Positions 45,089 to 55,391 of a stretch of DNA of 64,000 nucleotides are shown here, piece after piece (within the stretch, counting starts at the first letter, position 1; each line of letters opens with the position of its first letter). The stretch is from the IMG/VR virus record IMGVR_UViG_3300044717_000012; one strand, 5' to 3'. The notes under the pieces were generated by a model. That model was not told the origin of the DNA. It worked only from the letters and a program-made list of their open reading frames with translations, and did no database searches. The DNA is from an uncultured virus (IMG/VR IMGVR_UViG_3300044717_000012). Its lineage: Duplodnaviria; Heunggongvirae; Uroviricota; Caudoviricetes. The position numbers and the translations under genes are program-made.

Positions 45089-45421
45089 TTAGTCGCTGGC
45101 CAGCAGTCGAGAGGCTGCGTTTCGGTAGTCCTGCAAATTAAAGTTGTCGATCATCTCCAATACCTTGGCGTTTACCTCTTGATGCATCACAACCTCGTAT
45201 TTGTAATCGAATGAGCCGTCATCCATACAGATGTTGGCCATGTTAGGGAATGCTTCCATAGTGAATTCGATATGCTCGCTTGCGATCCACTCCAGACGTG
45301 ACAATCGATCGGGGGTCCGCGCATCTGGGATTATGAGGTGGCCCATTTCGCTGTGACCATTCGGACGGAAGTATCGGCGCATAGGCACAAAGAGTGTGGT
45401 TTCATTGATGTTTTCGAGCAT
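45089..45421 (-). CDS. Hypothetical protein
   Basis: 110 aa ORF with SD. Confidence 0.6.
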   Translation of the reverse strand: MLENINETTLFVPMRRYFRPNGHSEMGHLIIPDARTPDRLSRLEWIASEHIEFTMEAFPNMANICMDDGSFDYKYEVVMHQEVNAKVLEMIDNFNLQDYRNAASRLLASD

Positions 45422-45605
45422 GGGTGGCGAGTCCTTTAGGTGAAGTGACGTTGATCTATTGATATCCTATTTTCTACCAAGCCAATCAGTAACTTTGAGT
45501 ACTTTGTCCACACTGCGATCTACCTTATCCGCAACTCGCTTTACTCGCTCGATTTTGGTGGGCTTTTTCGTCATGTCATTGTCCTTTGTTAGTAGTTTGG
45601 ATAGG

Positions 45606-45655
45606 GCCGGGGGATCAACTAGACACCAGAGCGTGTACACGCTGACCCCCCCGGC
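45606..45655. terminator. Stem-loop after SSB-like gene
   Basis: GCCGGGGGATCA...TGACCCCCCCGGC imperfect stem; encloses palindrome AGCGTGTACACGCT. Confidence 0.5.
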
Positions 45656-45678
45656 AAGTGGATGTTTCGGCTAGTTGC

Positions 45679-46920
45679 CTAGCTGCCGGCGAACGCTGCG
45701 TGAGTTGGGTTGAGATCATCGGGGATGGCTACCCCGGTGCGCTCAGCCACCACCGCGCGCACGGCAGGTTGCATCTGCGCCCACTGCTCACGGGTGATCT
45801 GCGGAGCCGGCGGCGCAGCGGTCGGAACAGCTCCATTGACAGCCGCTGGCGAGCCGTCTGCCGTAGCCACGTGAGCTGCAGCCGCCTGGACAGCTTGAGC
45901 GGACTGCGGAGCCGGCGGTGCACTGGGTGGCGGCACCGCCGGGCTTGCTGGCGCTGTAGGTGGCACGGTGGCTGGTGGCGGTGGTGCCGCTGCCGGCGGT
46001 GGCAGGGGTGTGGTCGCCGGGGGTGTTGGCGGTGCTGGTGCTGGTACTGGTGCTGGTGCCGACGTGGGTGCAGCTGAGTTGGTTGCTGCGGGCACCGCGG
46101 GTGCCGTGACCGCTGGTGTGGCTGGCCCGGCCGCTGCCGGTGCCACCATCACCCACTGGCGAGTGGTCGGGTCATAACGCATCTCGGGTGGTGGCGGGGC
46201 ATCCTCGACAGCGGCAACCGCGCCCTCGATCTCAGCCCGAATCGCCGCGATGTTCGGATCATCCGGGTTGCGGTAGTGCACCTCATAGATGTACTTGGTG
46301 AAACCCTCACCCTTTGCGGTTTTGCCTTGCTGCTCTGCCACCTTGGTCATCTGAATGAACGCACCCGGCTGCGGAACGTACCCAGCGCGGCCAGAGGCCT
46401 CATCCGTGGTTAGTGGAGCACCCACCGCGGCCATAGCCGCATTGAGCTTGTCACGACCATCACCAGCCTTAAACACCGCAGTAGCATGCCCATCGGTGTA
46501 CTCACCCTCAGGCATCACCAGCATGGGCACGAGCAGCTGGTATTTTTTCTGTCCGTTCTGCTCAATTACTTTGCCCTCACTATCAGTCTGGGCGACTACC
46601 CGGACGTCTATATCGGCGGCGACAATCCCGCGGTAGGAAGTTCCTATCGGCTTCTGGTGGAATTTCCATGTCTTGCCGGAACCGCCTTGCGCGGCTTGCT
46701 GGTCGAAATAGTCGGTGAGCGTGCCCAACACCATTTGCGGCCGGGGCTTGTCTGTCCCGTCCCCATTGCTGGCAGCGGCCGACAACGGTGGTGTGGTCGG
46801 TGCCTCGGGTACCACATCCCAAGCGTTGGTAGCTGCATTGTAGGTAAACCACCGCTCACCATTCCACTGCGCGCCCTCAACCGGCGGGGGGCCGGGAGGG
46901 GCAACGGTAGAAGTAGTCAT
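45679..46920 (-). CDS. Putative ssDNA-binding/recombination protein with Pro/Ala-rich tail
   Basis: Beta-rich core (KF...IGT..RG.V) next to exonuclease; long low-complexity C-term. Confidence 0.55.
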   Translation of the reverse strand: MTTSTVAPPGPPPVEGAQWNGERWFTYNAATNAWDVVPEAPTTPPLSAAASNGDGTDKPRPQMVLGTLTDYFDQQAAQGGSGKTWKFHQKPIGTSYRGIVAADIDVRVVAQTDSEGKVIEQNGQKKYQLLVPMLVMPEGEYTDGHATAVFKAGDGRDKLNAAMAAVGAPLTTDEASGRAGYVPQPGAFIQMTKVAEQQGKTAKGEGFTKYIYEVHYRNPDDPNIAAIRAEIEGAVAAVEDAPPPPEMRYDPTTRQWVMVAPAAAGPATPAVTAPAVPAATNSAAPTSAPAPVPAPAPPTPPATTPLPPPAAAPPPPATVPPTAPASPAVPPPSAPPAPQSAQAVQAAAAHVATADGSPAAVNGAVPTAAPPAPQITREQWAQMQPAVRAVVAERTGVAIPDDLNPTHAAFAGS

Positions 46921-46976
46921 GTGTTATGCCTTTCCATCAGTGTGTGCGAGTCTGGTTACTGCCGGGTATTGCTTTG

Positions 46977-47201
46977 CTACGCGGAGCTTCCCTCAAATGA
47001 GATGATAATGAAAGGATCATTTGAGTCATAATTGTTGTACTCAGGTGGTTTGATGGGATGTCCGTACTCATTTTCTACGGGTAGATCACCGTGTTTGTCT
47101 ATCAGTTCAAGTAATCTTTCAATTAAGGCGGATGCGATCATTTTTGGTTTACCTCCCCTCACTTTTTCATGCGGCCGGCGATGAGATGATGCCCGGCGCA
47201 T
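46977..47201 (-). CDS. Hypothetical protein
   Basis: AS.LIE.L.ELI.KHGDLPV motif; true start probably internal Met. Confidence 0.55.
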   Translation of the reverse strand: MRRASSHRRPHEKVRGGKPKMIASALIERLLELIDKHGDLPVENEYGHPIKPPEYNNYDSNDPFIIISFEGSSA

Positions 47202-47995
47202 CCGGTGGCATTAGGATCGGTCAGTACATCAGCGCGATAGAATGGGCAAAAGTAGCACTCCTCATCATCAGGGGTAGGTGTGATGTCATTGAGCGAGAGC
47301 ACACCATCGCGCACCGCCGTAGCCAGTGCTTTGCGCACCTGCATCCACGTGAAGACATCATCGAGCAGCACATCATCCTCAGGCGTCAACGTGTGCTCGT
47401 AGACATAGGTGGTATCGAGGCTTGACTTGGTGCGAGGCCACGCCACGAGCACCGTGCGCCGAACTGGCAGGCCCATCAGTCGGAAACCCCGCGCATAGGC
47501 CAACTTCTGCACGAAATACCGCCGCACCGGCCCATGGTTGCGTAAATGCTTCATCGGGGTTTCACCCAAGTTTTTGTGATCTACTACCGCCTCCTCTGTG
47601 AAGTCGTACAAGTCGCCGGTACCTGGGTGGTCAGGGTGCGGATGCACGCGGAATTCGGTAAGCCACCGCACGTAGTTGTGATAGCGATTATCCCAGTCAA
47701 ACGCTTGGGCAAACCAGGCATGCAGCGCGGTGCCCACGATGCTGGCCCACGGGTCAACAATGTGGTTGGTCCGCTCGATGGCGGCCAGCTTGCCCACCAC
47801 CTGCCGATCACACAAGGTGCCGATCTCGCTAGGTCCGAGCTCTTTTTGCAGGGACCGCGGCGAGTGGTTGGCGTAATCAACCACCACCCGGCGCAGCGAC
47901 AGCGCGTAGCTCTCTGCCCATGCGGTGTTGCCGCTGAACGGCTTAGGCGCCCGCGCCATGAAATCTGCGGGTGCAGGAGGCTTGGATATGGCCAT
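47159..47995 (-). CDS. Cas4/RecB-like PD-(D/E)XK exonuclease
   Basis: GPSEIG..CDR, GTALH, E.RV, G..DLYD, VDHK, Q..AY, CYFCP...C. Confidence 0.85.
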   Translation of the reverse strand: MAISKPPAPADFMARAPKPFSGNTAWAESYALSLRRVVVDYANHSPRSLQKELGPSEIGTLCDRQVVGKLAAIERTNHIVDPWASIVGTALHAWFAQAFDWDNRYHNYVRWLTEFRVHPHPDHPGTGDLYDFTEEAVVDHKNLGETPMKHLRNHGPVRRYFVQKLAYARGFRLMGLPVRRTVLVAWPRTKSSLDTTYVYEHTLTPEDDVLLDDVFTWMQVRKALATAVRDGVLSLNDITPTPDDEECYFCPFYRADVLTDPNATGCAGHHLIAGRMKK

Positions 47996-48004
47996 GCCAG
48001 CACG

Positions 48005-48646
48005 CTACCGCGGGGGTCTGACAGTTGGGTTTGACGCGGATTCCGCACAGAACACACAGGTAGCCGGATGGTGTCCGTGGGAGTAACCCGTGTGTGTGTC
48101 TCTCTGTAAATCTTTACCTACGCACGCATCGCAGTATTCATCTGATGAAATCCCATGGGGGCATACGGGGTCGGGTGGTGGATCCGACAAACCGCCGCAG
48201 AGGTATCCAGTGATAGTGCCGCTGTGCATGATGTTGCGTAGTTCGGTGAGTATGGTTGGTCTGAATCGGTTTTGGGCATCTGCTTTGCGTAGCTCATAAG
48301 CGCAAGCGCTACACGATTCACTCAGGGGTGCACCGTGCTTGCATTGTTGGCTGTAGTCCCGGAAGTCTTTATCATCGAGCACACAGGTTGCGCACGCTGC
48401 CAGCTTGCTGCCGTGTTTGCAGGTCCGGTTGCGCACATCATGTGCGAGGTCGCGGACACGTTCGTCTAGGATCGCCTGGCGGCTGCGTTTGACAACTGTG
48501 TAGCTCTTGACATTGCCCATAATCGGGAAGACTGTACGGCTAGAGTCATCATCGGCGTTTACAATTAATTCCCAGCTGTTGCGCTCCCAGCCGTGTTTGA
48601 TACTGATCTTAGTTGTCTCACCATTGTAGTGTTCAATGATGAGCAT
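48005..48646 (-). CDS. Protein with repeated C.HG...C..C motifs
   Basis: CKHG..CATC, CKHG..CSAC, CPHG..CDAC, SHG..CVFC. Confidence 0.6.
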   Translation of the reverse strand: MLIIEHYNGETTKISIKHGWERNSWELIVNADDDSSRTVFPIMGNVKSYTVVKRSRQAILDERVRDLAHDVRNRTCKHGSKLAACATCVLDDKDFRDYSQQCKHGAPLSESCSACAYELRKADAQNRFRPTILTELRNIMHSGTITGYLCGGLSDPPPDPVCPHGISSDEYCDACVGKDLQRDTHTGYSHGHHPATCVFCAESASNPTVRPPR

Positions 48647-48696
48647 TGGCCACCTACCCCGTTTGTGCATAATCCCTATCCCCGATCGTGTGTTAT

Positions 48697-48918
48697 TTAC
48701 GTACCAATGCCAATTCCATTGGGCGGATCTTTATCGTCATCCTCATCAACGGCAAAGAAGCTACATCCGCGGGCTGAATCTGTACCCACCTTGGCAAAGT
48801 ACCCCTTGCGAATATCGCTATCCCGCAGAGGTAACCAATCGCGGTCACTGTCCATGAAATAGACACTTAGCTCTTGCGGCATTCTGTCTAGAAGCTGTAT
48901 CAGTTCGTGGACTGTCAA
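48697..48918 (-). CDS. Hypothetical protein
   Basis: MTV.ELI..L..MPQ...V. Confidence 0.6.
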   Translation of the reverse strand: MTVHELIQLLDRMPQELSVYFMDSDRDWLPLRDSDIRKGYFAKVGTDSARGCSFFAVDEDDDKDPPNGIGIGT

Positions 48919-49154
48919 AACGATCTACCCCCTAGTTCCAGATTTGACTGCATAGGACGAAACCAGCCCGTATGCGGGTTACCGAAAGAATAACCAATCT
49001 CATTGAGCACGGTGATCTCAACAATTTGATGATCTTTGTCGTCTGTGAATCCCCCCGGACCAGTCCACATACCTACCCTGATGATTCCGGTTACTAACGT
49101 TAGGAAGATGACACCGATACACACAGCTGTACCAATGGCTGCACGTTTCATCAT
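48915..49154 (-). CDS. Small membrane protein
   Basis: N-terminal TM, coupled. Confidence 0.55.
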   Translation of the reverse strand: MMKRAAIGTAVCIGVIFLTLVTGIIRVGMWTGPGGFTDDKDHQIVEITVLNEIGYSFGNPHTGWFRPMQSNLELGGRSF

Positions 49155-49663
49155 CCCTGCCCTCTAGACCTAGAGCCGACCCAGCGCAATCCCCACTGCG
49201 GTTTCTTATACACGGCAGCCGCGTAAGCCGCGGGGAACTGGGATTTAAGCACATCGCTGTTGACATAGGTTTTTTCCTCAGCCGCGAGTGCGAGGCCATC
49301 GGACCGGCCTAGCCGGTATAGCTGCACCTTTGTTGCTCTGGGATCGAGGTGGTGCAGGGTGGCCTTGATGGCGTCTTTGAGCTCACCTACGCGAGTCTCC
49401 AGCGCATCGAGTTGCGGCTTGAGCTGGTCGTATTCGTCATACAACTGCTCTAGCCGGTCGCCGGGGGTAGCGATGAACTGCGTCACCGGCTTGCGATCTT
49501 TCTCAGCCTTGCGTAGCTGGGATAGTGCTGCGATTACGGCGGGATCTTCCGGGTCGGCATCCGGGGGTATAGCCGGCGGCCGGGAAAGCACCGGAACACC
49601 GAGCTCACGCAGAATCTGGTCAACCTCGGCTTGGTTGGGCATGCTGGATCCGGGCGTGGCCAT
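49151..49663 (-). CDS. Coiled-coil phage protein
   Basis: SD AGGAG; helical core then beta C-term. Confidence 0.65.
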   Translation of the reverse strand: MATPGSSMPNQAEVDQILRELGVPVLSRPPAIPPDADPEDPAVIAALSQLRKAEKDRKPVTQFIATPGDRLEQLYDEYDQLKPQLDALETRVGELKDAIKATLHHLDPRATKVQLYRLGRSDGLALAAEEKTYVNSDVLKSQFPAAYAAAVYKKPQWGLRWVGSRSRGQG

Positions 49664-50055
49664 ATACCACTCTCCTGTAGTTCTGTCAGCGGTGGCGAGT
49701 CCGCGGGTGTGCGTGGCGCACAGAGGGCTTAGCGTACCCCTTGCGAGCTGTCCCGGGCAAGGGACCACGTTATGTACCGCACGAACGGGCGACGTGTCAA
49801 GTCCTCGCAGGTAAGCCGTAGGTTAGCGGTCAGTAAGTTGATCCACATGAGTAGGTGTACACGCCCTTGCTCTGCGTGCCGTTGACGCGCTACTGGCCAG
49901 TAGAGGTAAGCTGTGCGTGCTGGCATGCGGGTGGCCGCTTGTGTAGCTGTCAGATCCTCGTGGCGAGTCTGACAAATGGTGGTCCCCCTGTCACCCGGCG
50001 CGGCTGGAGCCCAGGTCTAGCAAGCGCGTGGCAGGGGGATCGCCTCACCTCACAG

Positions 50056-50652
50056 TCAATGCTTTCTACCGCTGCGCCGGATTGTGACCCAATCACAGAT
50101 TGCTGACAACAACCCCTTGCGCCAGATGAGCCATCCTATTGCTAGAGCTATCTCCGTGGCTATCATCGCAGCCCGGCCGTGCCATAGATAGGCTGCCTGC
50201 AGGGGGATCGCCAGGACTGATATCAGAGAGAGCGCATTAAGGGCGCATAACCAACAGGAGGCCCGGCTGTTGCGTGCGGCAATTTTAGGAATGATTCGCC
50301 GCGTGGTGTAGTCCTCGGCATCAACATTAGCTATAAATCCCAGTGTGCCCGCTGAGATCTCTCCGTCCATATCGCGGACGATTACGTACCATTCCCAGTA
50401 ACGTCCCTGTTGCGCGGTGCACTCTGCAGTCACGGTTACCCAGGATCCCCGGACCGCTGGCGCGGTATGCCGTATGTCGAATTTGACACCTAAAGACACC
50501 CCCGGCAGTGCCGGCATTATTGCCAATTCGCACAACCATAGCAAACGCGCGCTGGCGAGCACCCGCGGTTTCTGCTTGGATTTCCCCAGGCATCGGTAGA
50601 TGTTCGATGCAAGGTCATCCTCCTGCACGCGGTAGTGAATAGTGCGGGACAC
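50056..50652 (-). CDS. FlK-like hot-dog thioesterase with C-terminal TM helices
   Basis: VLAS..LL.LCE.A, SLG...I.H.APA..G..V.V.A, V.D..GEI..G. Confidence 0.7.
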   Translation of the reverse strand: MSRTIHYRVQEDDLASNIYRCLGKSKQKPRVLASARLLWLCELAIMPALPGVSLGVKFDIRHTAPAVRGSWVTVTAECTAQQGRYWEWYVIVRDMDGEISAGTLGFIANVDAEDYTTRRIIPKIAARNSRASCWLCALNALSLISVLAIPLQAAYLWHGRAAMIATEIALAIGWLIWRKGLLSAICDWVTIRRSGRKH

Positions 50653-50656
50653 TCAA

Positions 50657-51250
50657 TTAACCCCCGGAAGGATAGATCAGGCCCTCAACACCCATCACCC
50701 AGGCTAGCGTACGGGTGAGCTCGCCCGGGTCATAGCAAGCCTCTGCGCCCAGCTCAGGCAGCACGATGCGGTCAGAGGGCATGATGTAGGGCGCCCGCTG
50801 CGCTGCGTCCATCCATGTGCGCCAGTCCGCGTAAGTGGTCAGGGTGTCTTCTATCGACCATGGGCAGCTGCGCGACGCTGCCCAGGACCAACCTAGACGG
50901 CGTGAGGCTACTCCGTACCATGTCCACGTGATCGAGCACTCGTCAGGGACGTAGGGCAGATCCGTCCCGTCTTCCCGCGGCAGGACTACCGCCCGCATCA
51001 CAAACTCACCCTGGCGAGCTCGCCTAGCCGGCGGTGGCCACGGCTGCGCCCGGGAGTCTGGCGGATGCAGCTCACGCGTTGTGGCCCACTCGGACGGGTC
51101 GGTAGTCAGCACTTTGCGGCGCAATGCCTCGATAATCTCATCCGCGCGCTGGCGACTGAAACCCAGCGCAGTACCAATCTGTTTAGCGCTCTGATTGATC
51201 CGGTAGAGGTTTAGTACCGCTAGCTGCGTTGGTGTGAGGTTTGCCAGCAC
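50657..51250 (-). CDS. HTH (sigma region 4/LuxR-like) domain protein
   Basis: LTPTQLAVL.LY...SAKQIG.ALGFSRQ. Confidence 0.6.
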   Translation of the reverse strand: MLANLTPTQLAVLNLYRINQSAKQIGTALGFSRQRADEIIEALRRKVLTTDPSEWATTRELHPPDSRAQPWPPPARRARQGEFVMRAVVLPREDGTDLPYVPDECSITWTWYGVASRRLGWSWAASRSCPWSIEDTLTTYADWRTWMDAAQRAPYIMPSDRIVLPELGAEACYDPGELTRTLAWVMGVEGLIYPSGG

Positions 51251-51431
51251 AGCAGTTAGACTACCAGCACTGCATGCCAGACAACGGCTAGGGAGATCAC
51301 CCGCGTGACCGCCACACGAGCTCGTACGAGAGCCAAACCACCTAGCCAACGCCGTCCTCGCCGCGCACCGGTCGCCAGGCGCGGATGGCAGCAACGCAGA
51401 CTTGATATCTGGACTGCCGTGGCTGAATTCT

Positions 51432-51761
51432 TTAGCTGATCGCCCACAACCGCAACCGCGCGATGACGTGCGCGGGGTCATGCTCATCCCAGATAGGCGC
51501 ACGGTCACACACATTAGCCCCGGTGAGCTGGTAGGCAGCCCACCACACATCGCGCACGTGATAGGTGATCTGACCCGCCGGCAGTTCCATCCCCGCGATA
51601 AAAAATCCCTCGAAGGCCGTACCGTCATGATGTAGCCGGGACATCCATGCGCGTTCAGGTGCGCAGTGCATCAGAGCGGCCAGTAGCGCGGCGCGGTGCT
51701 CATAGAGCTCACCGAATGTGTGATAGCCATCGCTGATGTCATCAGTGGAATTGCTGGTCAT
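51432..51761 (-). CDS. Conserved phage protein (WDGH-like)
   Basis: SDGYHTF.ELY.HR..L...H.DG...GQITYH...APIWDEH. Confidence 0.75.
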   Translation of the reverse strand: MTSNSTDDISDGYHTFGELYEHRAALLAALMHCAPERAWMSRLHHDGTAFEGFFIAGMELPAGQITYHVRDVWWAAYQLTGANVCDRAPIWDEHDPAHVIARLRLWAIS

Positions 51762-52117
51762 GTCGGCGTCCCGTCTGCAGGTGGCGTGGGAGTGGAGCGC
51801 TGGTTTGGCTGGTCATTAAGGATGAGGTCTACCACGAGATTGAGCGCGAATGCGGTCTCATCGGGAAGGGGGCTGTTATCTGTCCCGTCCAGTAGTGCAA
51901 CCACTCTGCGCAGTGGCTGCCCGCGCCCATCGGTGCTGTACACGAGATCAGCTAGTATCGTCAGTCTCCCTGCAGCTTCTATCTGGCGAGCTATCCGGTA
52001 TTCTCGCCGTAGTTCGTGATCGAATGGTTTTTTACGAGTCGCCATTGTTGACCTCACTGAGATGTTTGAGGCATTCCGGGCAGTCGATATCACCTCGGCC
52101 CGGCATTGATGCTGCAC
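51758..52117 (-). CDS. Hypothetical protein
   Basis: Operon position; start uncertain. Confidence 0.5.
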   Translation of the reverse strand: MQHQCRAEVISTARNASNISVRSTMATRKKPFDHELRREYRIARQIEAAGRLTILADLVYSTDGRGQPLRRVVALLDGTDNSPLPDETAFALNLVVDLILNDQPNQRSTPTPPADGTPT

Positions 52118-52275
52118 GCCTCCCGCAATAGGTTAGCGCCTGCATGATGCCTGAGTAGTCGGGTGCAAAAAGCCGATGCGTCCACACCTGATCGAAACCC
52201 AGGCACGTATCCGTGCCGTCCGGGGCATCCATCCAATTGCCCTCATGGTCTAGACGCCGCATCATTGATCCCCCC

Positions 52276-52488
52276 TCAGCATCCGTGCGCGCAACTGCCA
52301 TCAGCCTCACGAGCGTGGAAACGCCAATGACGGTAGGCACTGATATATTCCTCTGGCAGCACGGGCATATTGGGTGCACCACAGTTATCCTCGCACTCGA
52401 CGTAAGGACCGTAGCGTGGCGCTACGCGAATCTGCCATTGCAATGTGTCCAGTGGCATAAAGTCCTCAACAATTGTGGTTTCTAGCAT
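52276..52488 (-). CDS. Small Cys/His protein
   Basis: Coupled ORF. Confidence 0.5.
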   Translation of the reverse strand: MLETTIVEDFMPLDTLQWQIRVAPRYGPYVECEDNCGAPNMPVLPEEYISAYRHWRFHAREADGSCAHGC

Positions 52489-52489
52489 G

Positions 52490-53062
52490 TCACTTCACCC
52501 AATCTGCAATGAGCTGGTGCTGTGCTTGATCCAGCGTGAGCGCACCAGAGCATACCTTACTGTGTAGCGCATCCTCCTCGTGATCTTTGACGTGCGCGCC
52601 GGCCGGCCCATCCCATAATTCTGGGTAGAAGTTCGCCGGCAGCCCGGTCGGGCCTTTGGTGTAGCCGGGATCGCCATCGAGCTGCAGCGTGCCGATGTGG
52701 TCACCCTCGACAGAGCTCAGAGGTTGGCCGCTCATCCCGTAGGCCGCCATCACCTGACGTTTCCATTGGTTCGTGACTGTTGTGGGCGGCCGGCGTGACG
52801 CTATCCAACGCGGCTCTACCCCCTTGGGCTGGCAGAGCGTGTGTTTGTACAGCGGCGCGTCTGCGGTCACCTCAGGGCTATGTGCGAACAGCCCGGGCGA
52901 ACAGTGGGCATCCGCTCTGCCGTTCACTTCGTGGCACGCGGCTGCAGCCGGGATTGCTACCGGGGACATGACGGATTGCTGCAGCTGCCCAGATGCAGGA
53001 TGTGGTGTACACGCGGTGGTCAGCACGACACAAGCAACAACCGTGGCGAGTTGCAATTTCAT
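52490..53062 (-). CDS. Lipoprotein with HNH-like nuclease fold
   Basis: Lipobox LTTAC; EGDH...L.LDG.P...N.YPE...KD..E..L...VCSG.LTL..AQ...DW. Confidence 0.65.
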   Translation of the reverse strand: MKLQLATVVACVVLTTACTPHPASGQLQQSVMSPVAIPAAAACHEVNGRADAHCSPGLFAHSPEVTADAPLYKHTLCQPKGVEPRWIASRRPPTTVTNQWKRQVMAAYGMSGQPLSSVEGDHIGTLQLDGDPGYTKGPTGLPANFYPELWDGPAGAHVKDHEEDALHSKVCSGALTLDQAQHQLIADWVK

Positions 53063-53377
53063 TTTCTGCCCTCTGTCTCAGTGTGCCAACGCAGGTGATC
53101 GGCTGCGTAATTTATGGGTACCAATGCAAAGCATTTGTTGCACATGACGGGTAGGTCTCTGGTTGCTATGAGATTGACGCCACTGTCGTCAAGGTGTCCA
53201 AAAATAGTCAGTTTATTATTCATCTTCTGTCTCTGTAGTGATCGTAGTTAAAAGTCAGTGACCAAGCAACCGAAACAATGATAGCGCTGAGCAGTACAGC
53301 CCACCAACCCATTGCGAACACAGCTTCCGCAATCTGTGCGATTGCTTCCAGCGCGCCGTTCCACCACTGTTCGGGAA

Positions 53378-53797
53378 TCATTGTCTATACACCACTGGCC
53401 GGCGCACATCGCGGTGCATGATTTGAGTATTGATGCCAGCCGCGGTCAATTGCTCTGCGATCTCTTGCACAAGCACAACGGAACGGTGCCGGCCACCGCT
53501 ACAACCGATATCCACGCGCACCAAGATACCGTGTACATCATGCTGCAACACAAACGACTGTATCAGCCGGGTCATGTTGGTGATGAGACCGGCCGCGCCT
53601 GAGCACGCTATCACTTTATCTCGAATGATCTCATCCATACCGGTGAGCTCGCGCAGCATGGCATCTGTATGCGGATCGTAGAGTAGTTTGCGCGCGTCTA
53701 TTGTGATATGTGCTGGTATGGCAGGGTCGCCGTGCAGATAGCCGAATGAGCGCAGCTGCACTTTAGGCATTGAGCTCCAGTCTTCCACGTACGACAT
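53378..53797 (-). CDS. RapZ C-terminal-domain-like protein
   Basis: SFGYLHG.P, D.R..L.DP, LRELTG.D, IGC.GGRHRSV, HRD. Confidence 0.85.
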   Translation of the reverse strand: MSYVEDWSSMPKVQLRSFGYLHGDPAIPAHITIDARKLLYDPHTDAMLRELTGMDEIIRDKVIACSGAAGLITNMTRLIQSFVLQHDVHGILVRVDIGCSGGRHRSVVLVQEIAEQLTAAGINTQIMHRDVRRPVVYRQ

Positions 53798-53926
53798 AAT
53801 TGGGAGCCTTTCTTTAGAGGATGCCCAGTAGTTTGAGCAGTAGTATGCCGGTGATGTTGGCTGTAACCATCAGGAGGAACAGAACAATCACAGAGGTGAC
53901 CGCGTTAGCTGGCCTATCCGATGGTT

Positions 53927-54937
53927 TCACGCTATCCAAGCCTTTCTACGCGCATAGCGGGTGCTGATCTCAATAATAACAGCCAGGCCGGCGAGGATGC
54001 ACAATCCCCACACAATGTAGCTCTGCACTATCATCACCTCAGCGTGCGGGCGGATACCCGGAATGAGATAGATACCCAATGCCACCATAGGCACCCACAG
54101 AACTAGAATCTCAAACGGACCGCCGGCCCGGAATGCCAGCCACTTGGGCAGTCGCCAGAATCGATTGAGCTTCCGGCCGGGGATACCCATCTCGGTTGGT
54201 GCGTCACCCAGGATATGCAAATACATGCCAAGGCAGACAATGACACCGACCCAAGGCCCATGCTCCACAACGTAAGGATAACGGATGGCGATGAGAGCGA
54301 AATCCGCGGCTACCGCGATAACACCGATCTTGCCTACCGGAATGTGTATTTTCCACCAATAAGTGAAATGAATTGTGTAGGTGCGAATGGCATGCTTGCG
54401 GGCTCGCTTGAGCACGGCCATAAATGGGATCAAGTCAATGATGCCATGTGCGGTTTTCATTGTCCAGCGATGACGGACGGTATGGTTTTGTTGCACCACA
54501 TAGTCAGGGACGGTGATGCCTCGAATGGCGCCCGTGTAGAGCACTAGGAGAACACCGAAAATAACCCACTTGCTCCAGTAGCAACCGAACGCCACGAGCC
54601 CACCAGTGACCAGCGGAGCCGGCCACCAATGCGTGATGCCGCGGTGCGGACCTGGCGGCCGGCGGTCACCTCCGTCTGCAGTGAGAGCCGCTACCGTGTA
54701 GTGGAGCTCGATGACACCCTCATGCACGAGATGGCTTAGCGGGCCGAATGCGGTAGTGATGGTTGAGTTTGGGTGATCCCAATCAGCGATGATGGCTGCG
54801 CCGGCCCACGCCAATGCGGTGCCGAGTGTAAGCAGTAGCGCGGCGAGTGCAGGCAGGTCGGCAAACAGTGACAGTGCATTGATAACCATCAGCCCAGCGC
54901 ACCACCCACTGAATGAATGACCAGCTGCCATCATCAT
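53927..54937 (-). CDS. Membrane metal-dependent hydrolase (YdjM/DUF457-like)
   Basis: GHS, D.DHP.S, HRGITH, HILGD.PT..G.P; several TMs. Confidence 0.85.
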   Translation of the reverse strand: MMMAAGHSFSGWCAGLMVINALSLFADLPALAALLLTLGTALAWAGAAIIADWDHPNSTITTAFGPLSHLVHEGVIELHYTVAALTADGGDRRPPGPHRGITHWWPAPLVTGGLVAFGCYWSKWVIFGVLLVLYTGAIRGITVPDYVVQQNHTVRHRWTMKTAHGIIDLIPFMAVLKRARKHAIRTYTIHFTYWWKIHIPVGKIGVIAVAADFALIAIRYPYVVEHGPWVGVIVCLGMYLHILGDAPTEMGIPGRKLNRFWRLPKWLAFRAGGPFEILVLWVPMVALGIYLIPGIRPHAEVMIVQSYIVWGLCILAGLAVIIEISTRYARRKAWIA

Positions 54938-55103
54938 GATTATTTATCCCTAGCTTTCTTTGTGATATTACGGCTCAATTGGTCTATTTTGCGGTGATGT
55001 TGATTCATGCGTTTGCCCCACTGATAAGCTCGCGCGGCTCTATGTATGTATTGACGCAACTGTCGCGGTAACCAGTGATGCCAGCGAGGGCACGGGCTCA
55101 TAT

Positions 55104-55391
55104 TCAGTCACACACCTTGCGCACCGCGGTGCAGTCGCATTCCTTACACGATCTTTTCTCAATACGTATAGGGTACTCGTTTCTCAGCGCAGCCCGGTGT
55201 GTAATGACAGCGTGACCGCAAACATGACACATGCGCACAAATTCATAACCCAAACGCAGGCGTGTGATTTCATCAATCAATTTGTGTAGTAGTAAGTACT
55301 CGCCTATGCTTGCGTCTATCTTGCTCATTTCATTGATACGTATATCCGCCTCATCAATGATATCCGCGTAGGTTGGGCGCAGTACGCTCAT
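55104..55391 (-). CDS. Hypothetical Cys-containing protein
   Basis: C..CGH...H...C..CDC. Confidence 0.55.
   Translation of the reverse strand: MSVLRPTYADIIDEADIRINEMSKIDASIGEYLLLHKLIDEITRLRLGYEFVRMCHVCGHAVITHRAALRNEYPIRIEKRSCKECDCTAVRKVCD

Noticed and set aside
47159..47995. Cas4-like gene as evidence for CRISPR-Cas
   Set aside because: No array or other cas genes; stand-alone Cas4/RecB-like exonucleases are routine in phage recombination modules
49765..49800. TTGACA promoter on the minus strand before the recombination operon
   Set aside because: Plausible -35 but no clean TAnnnT at 16-18 nt, so not called
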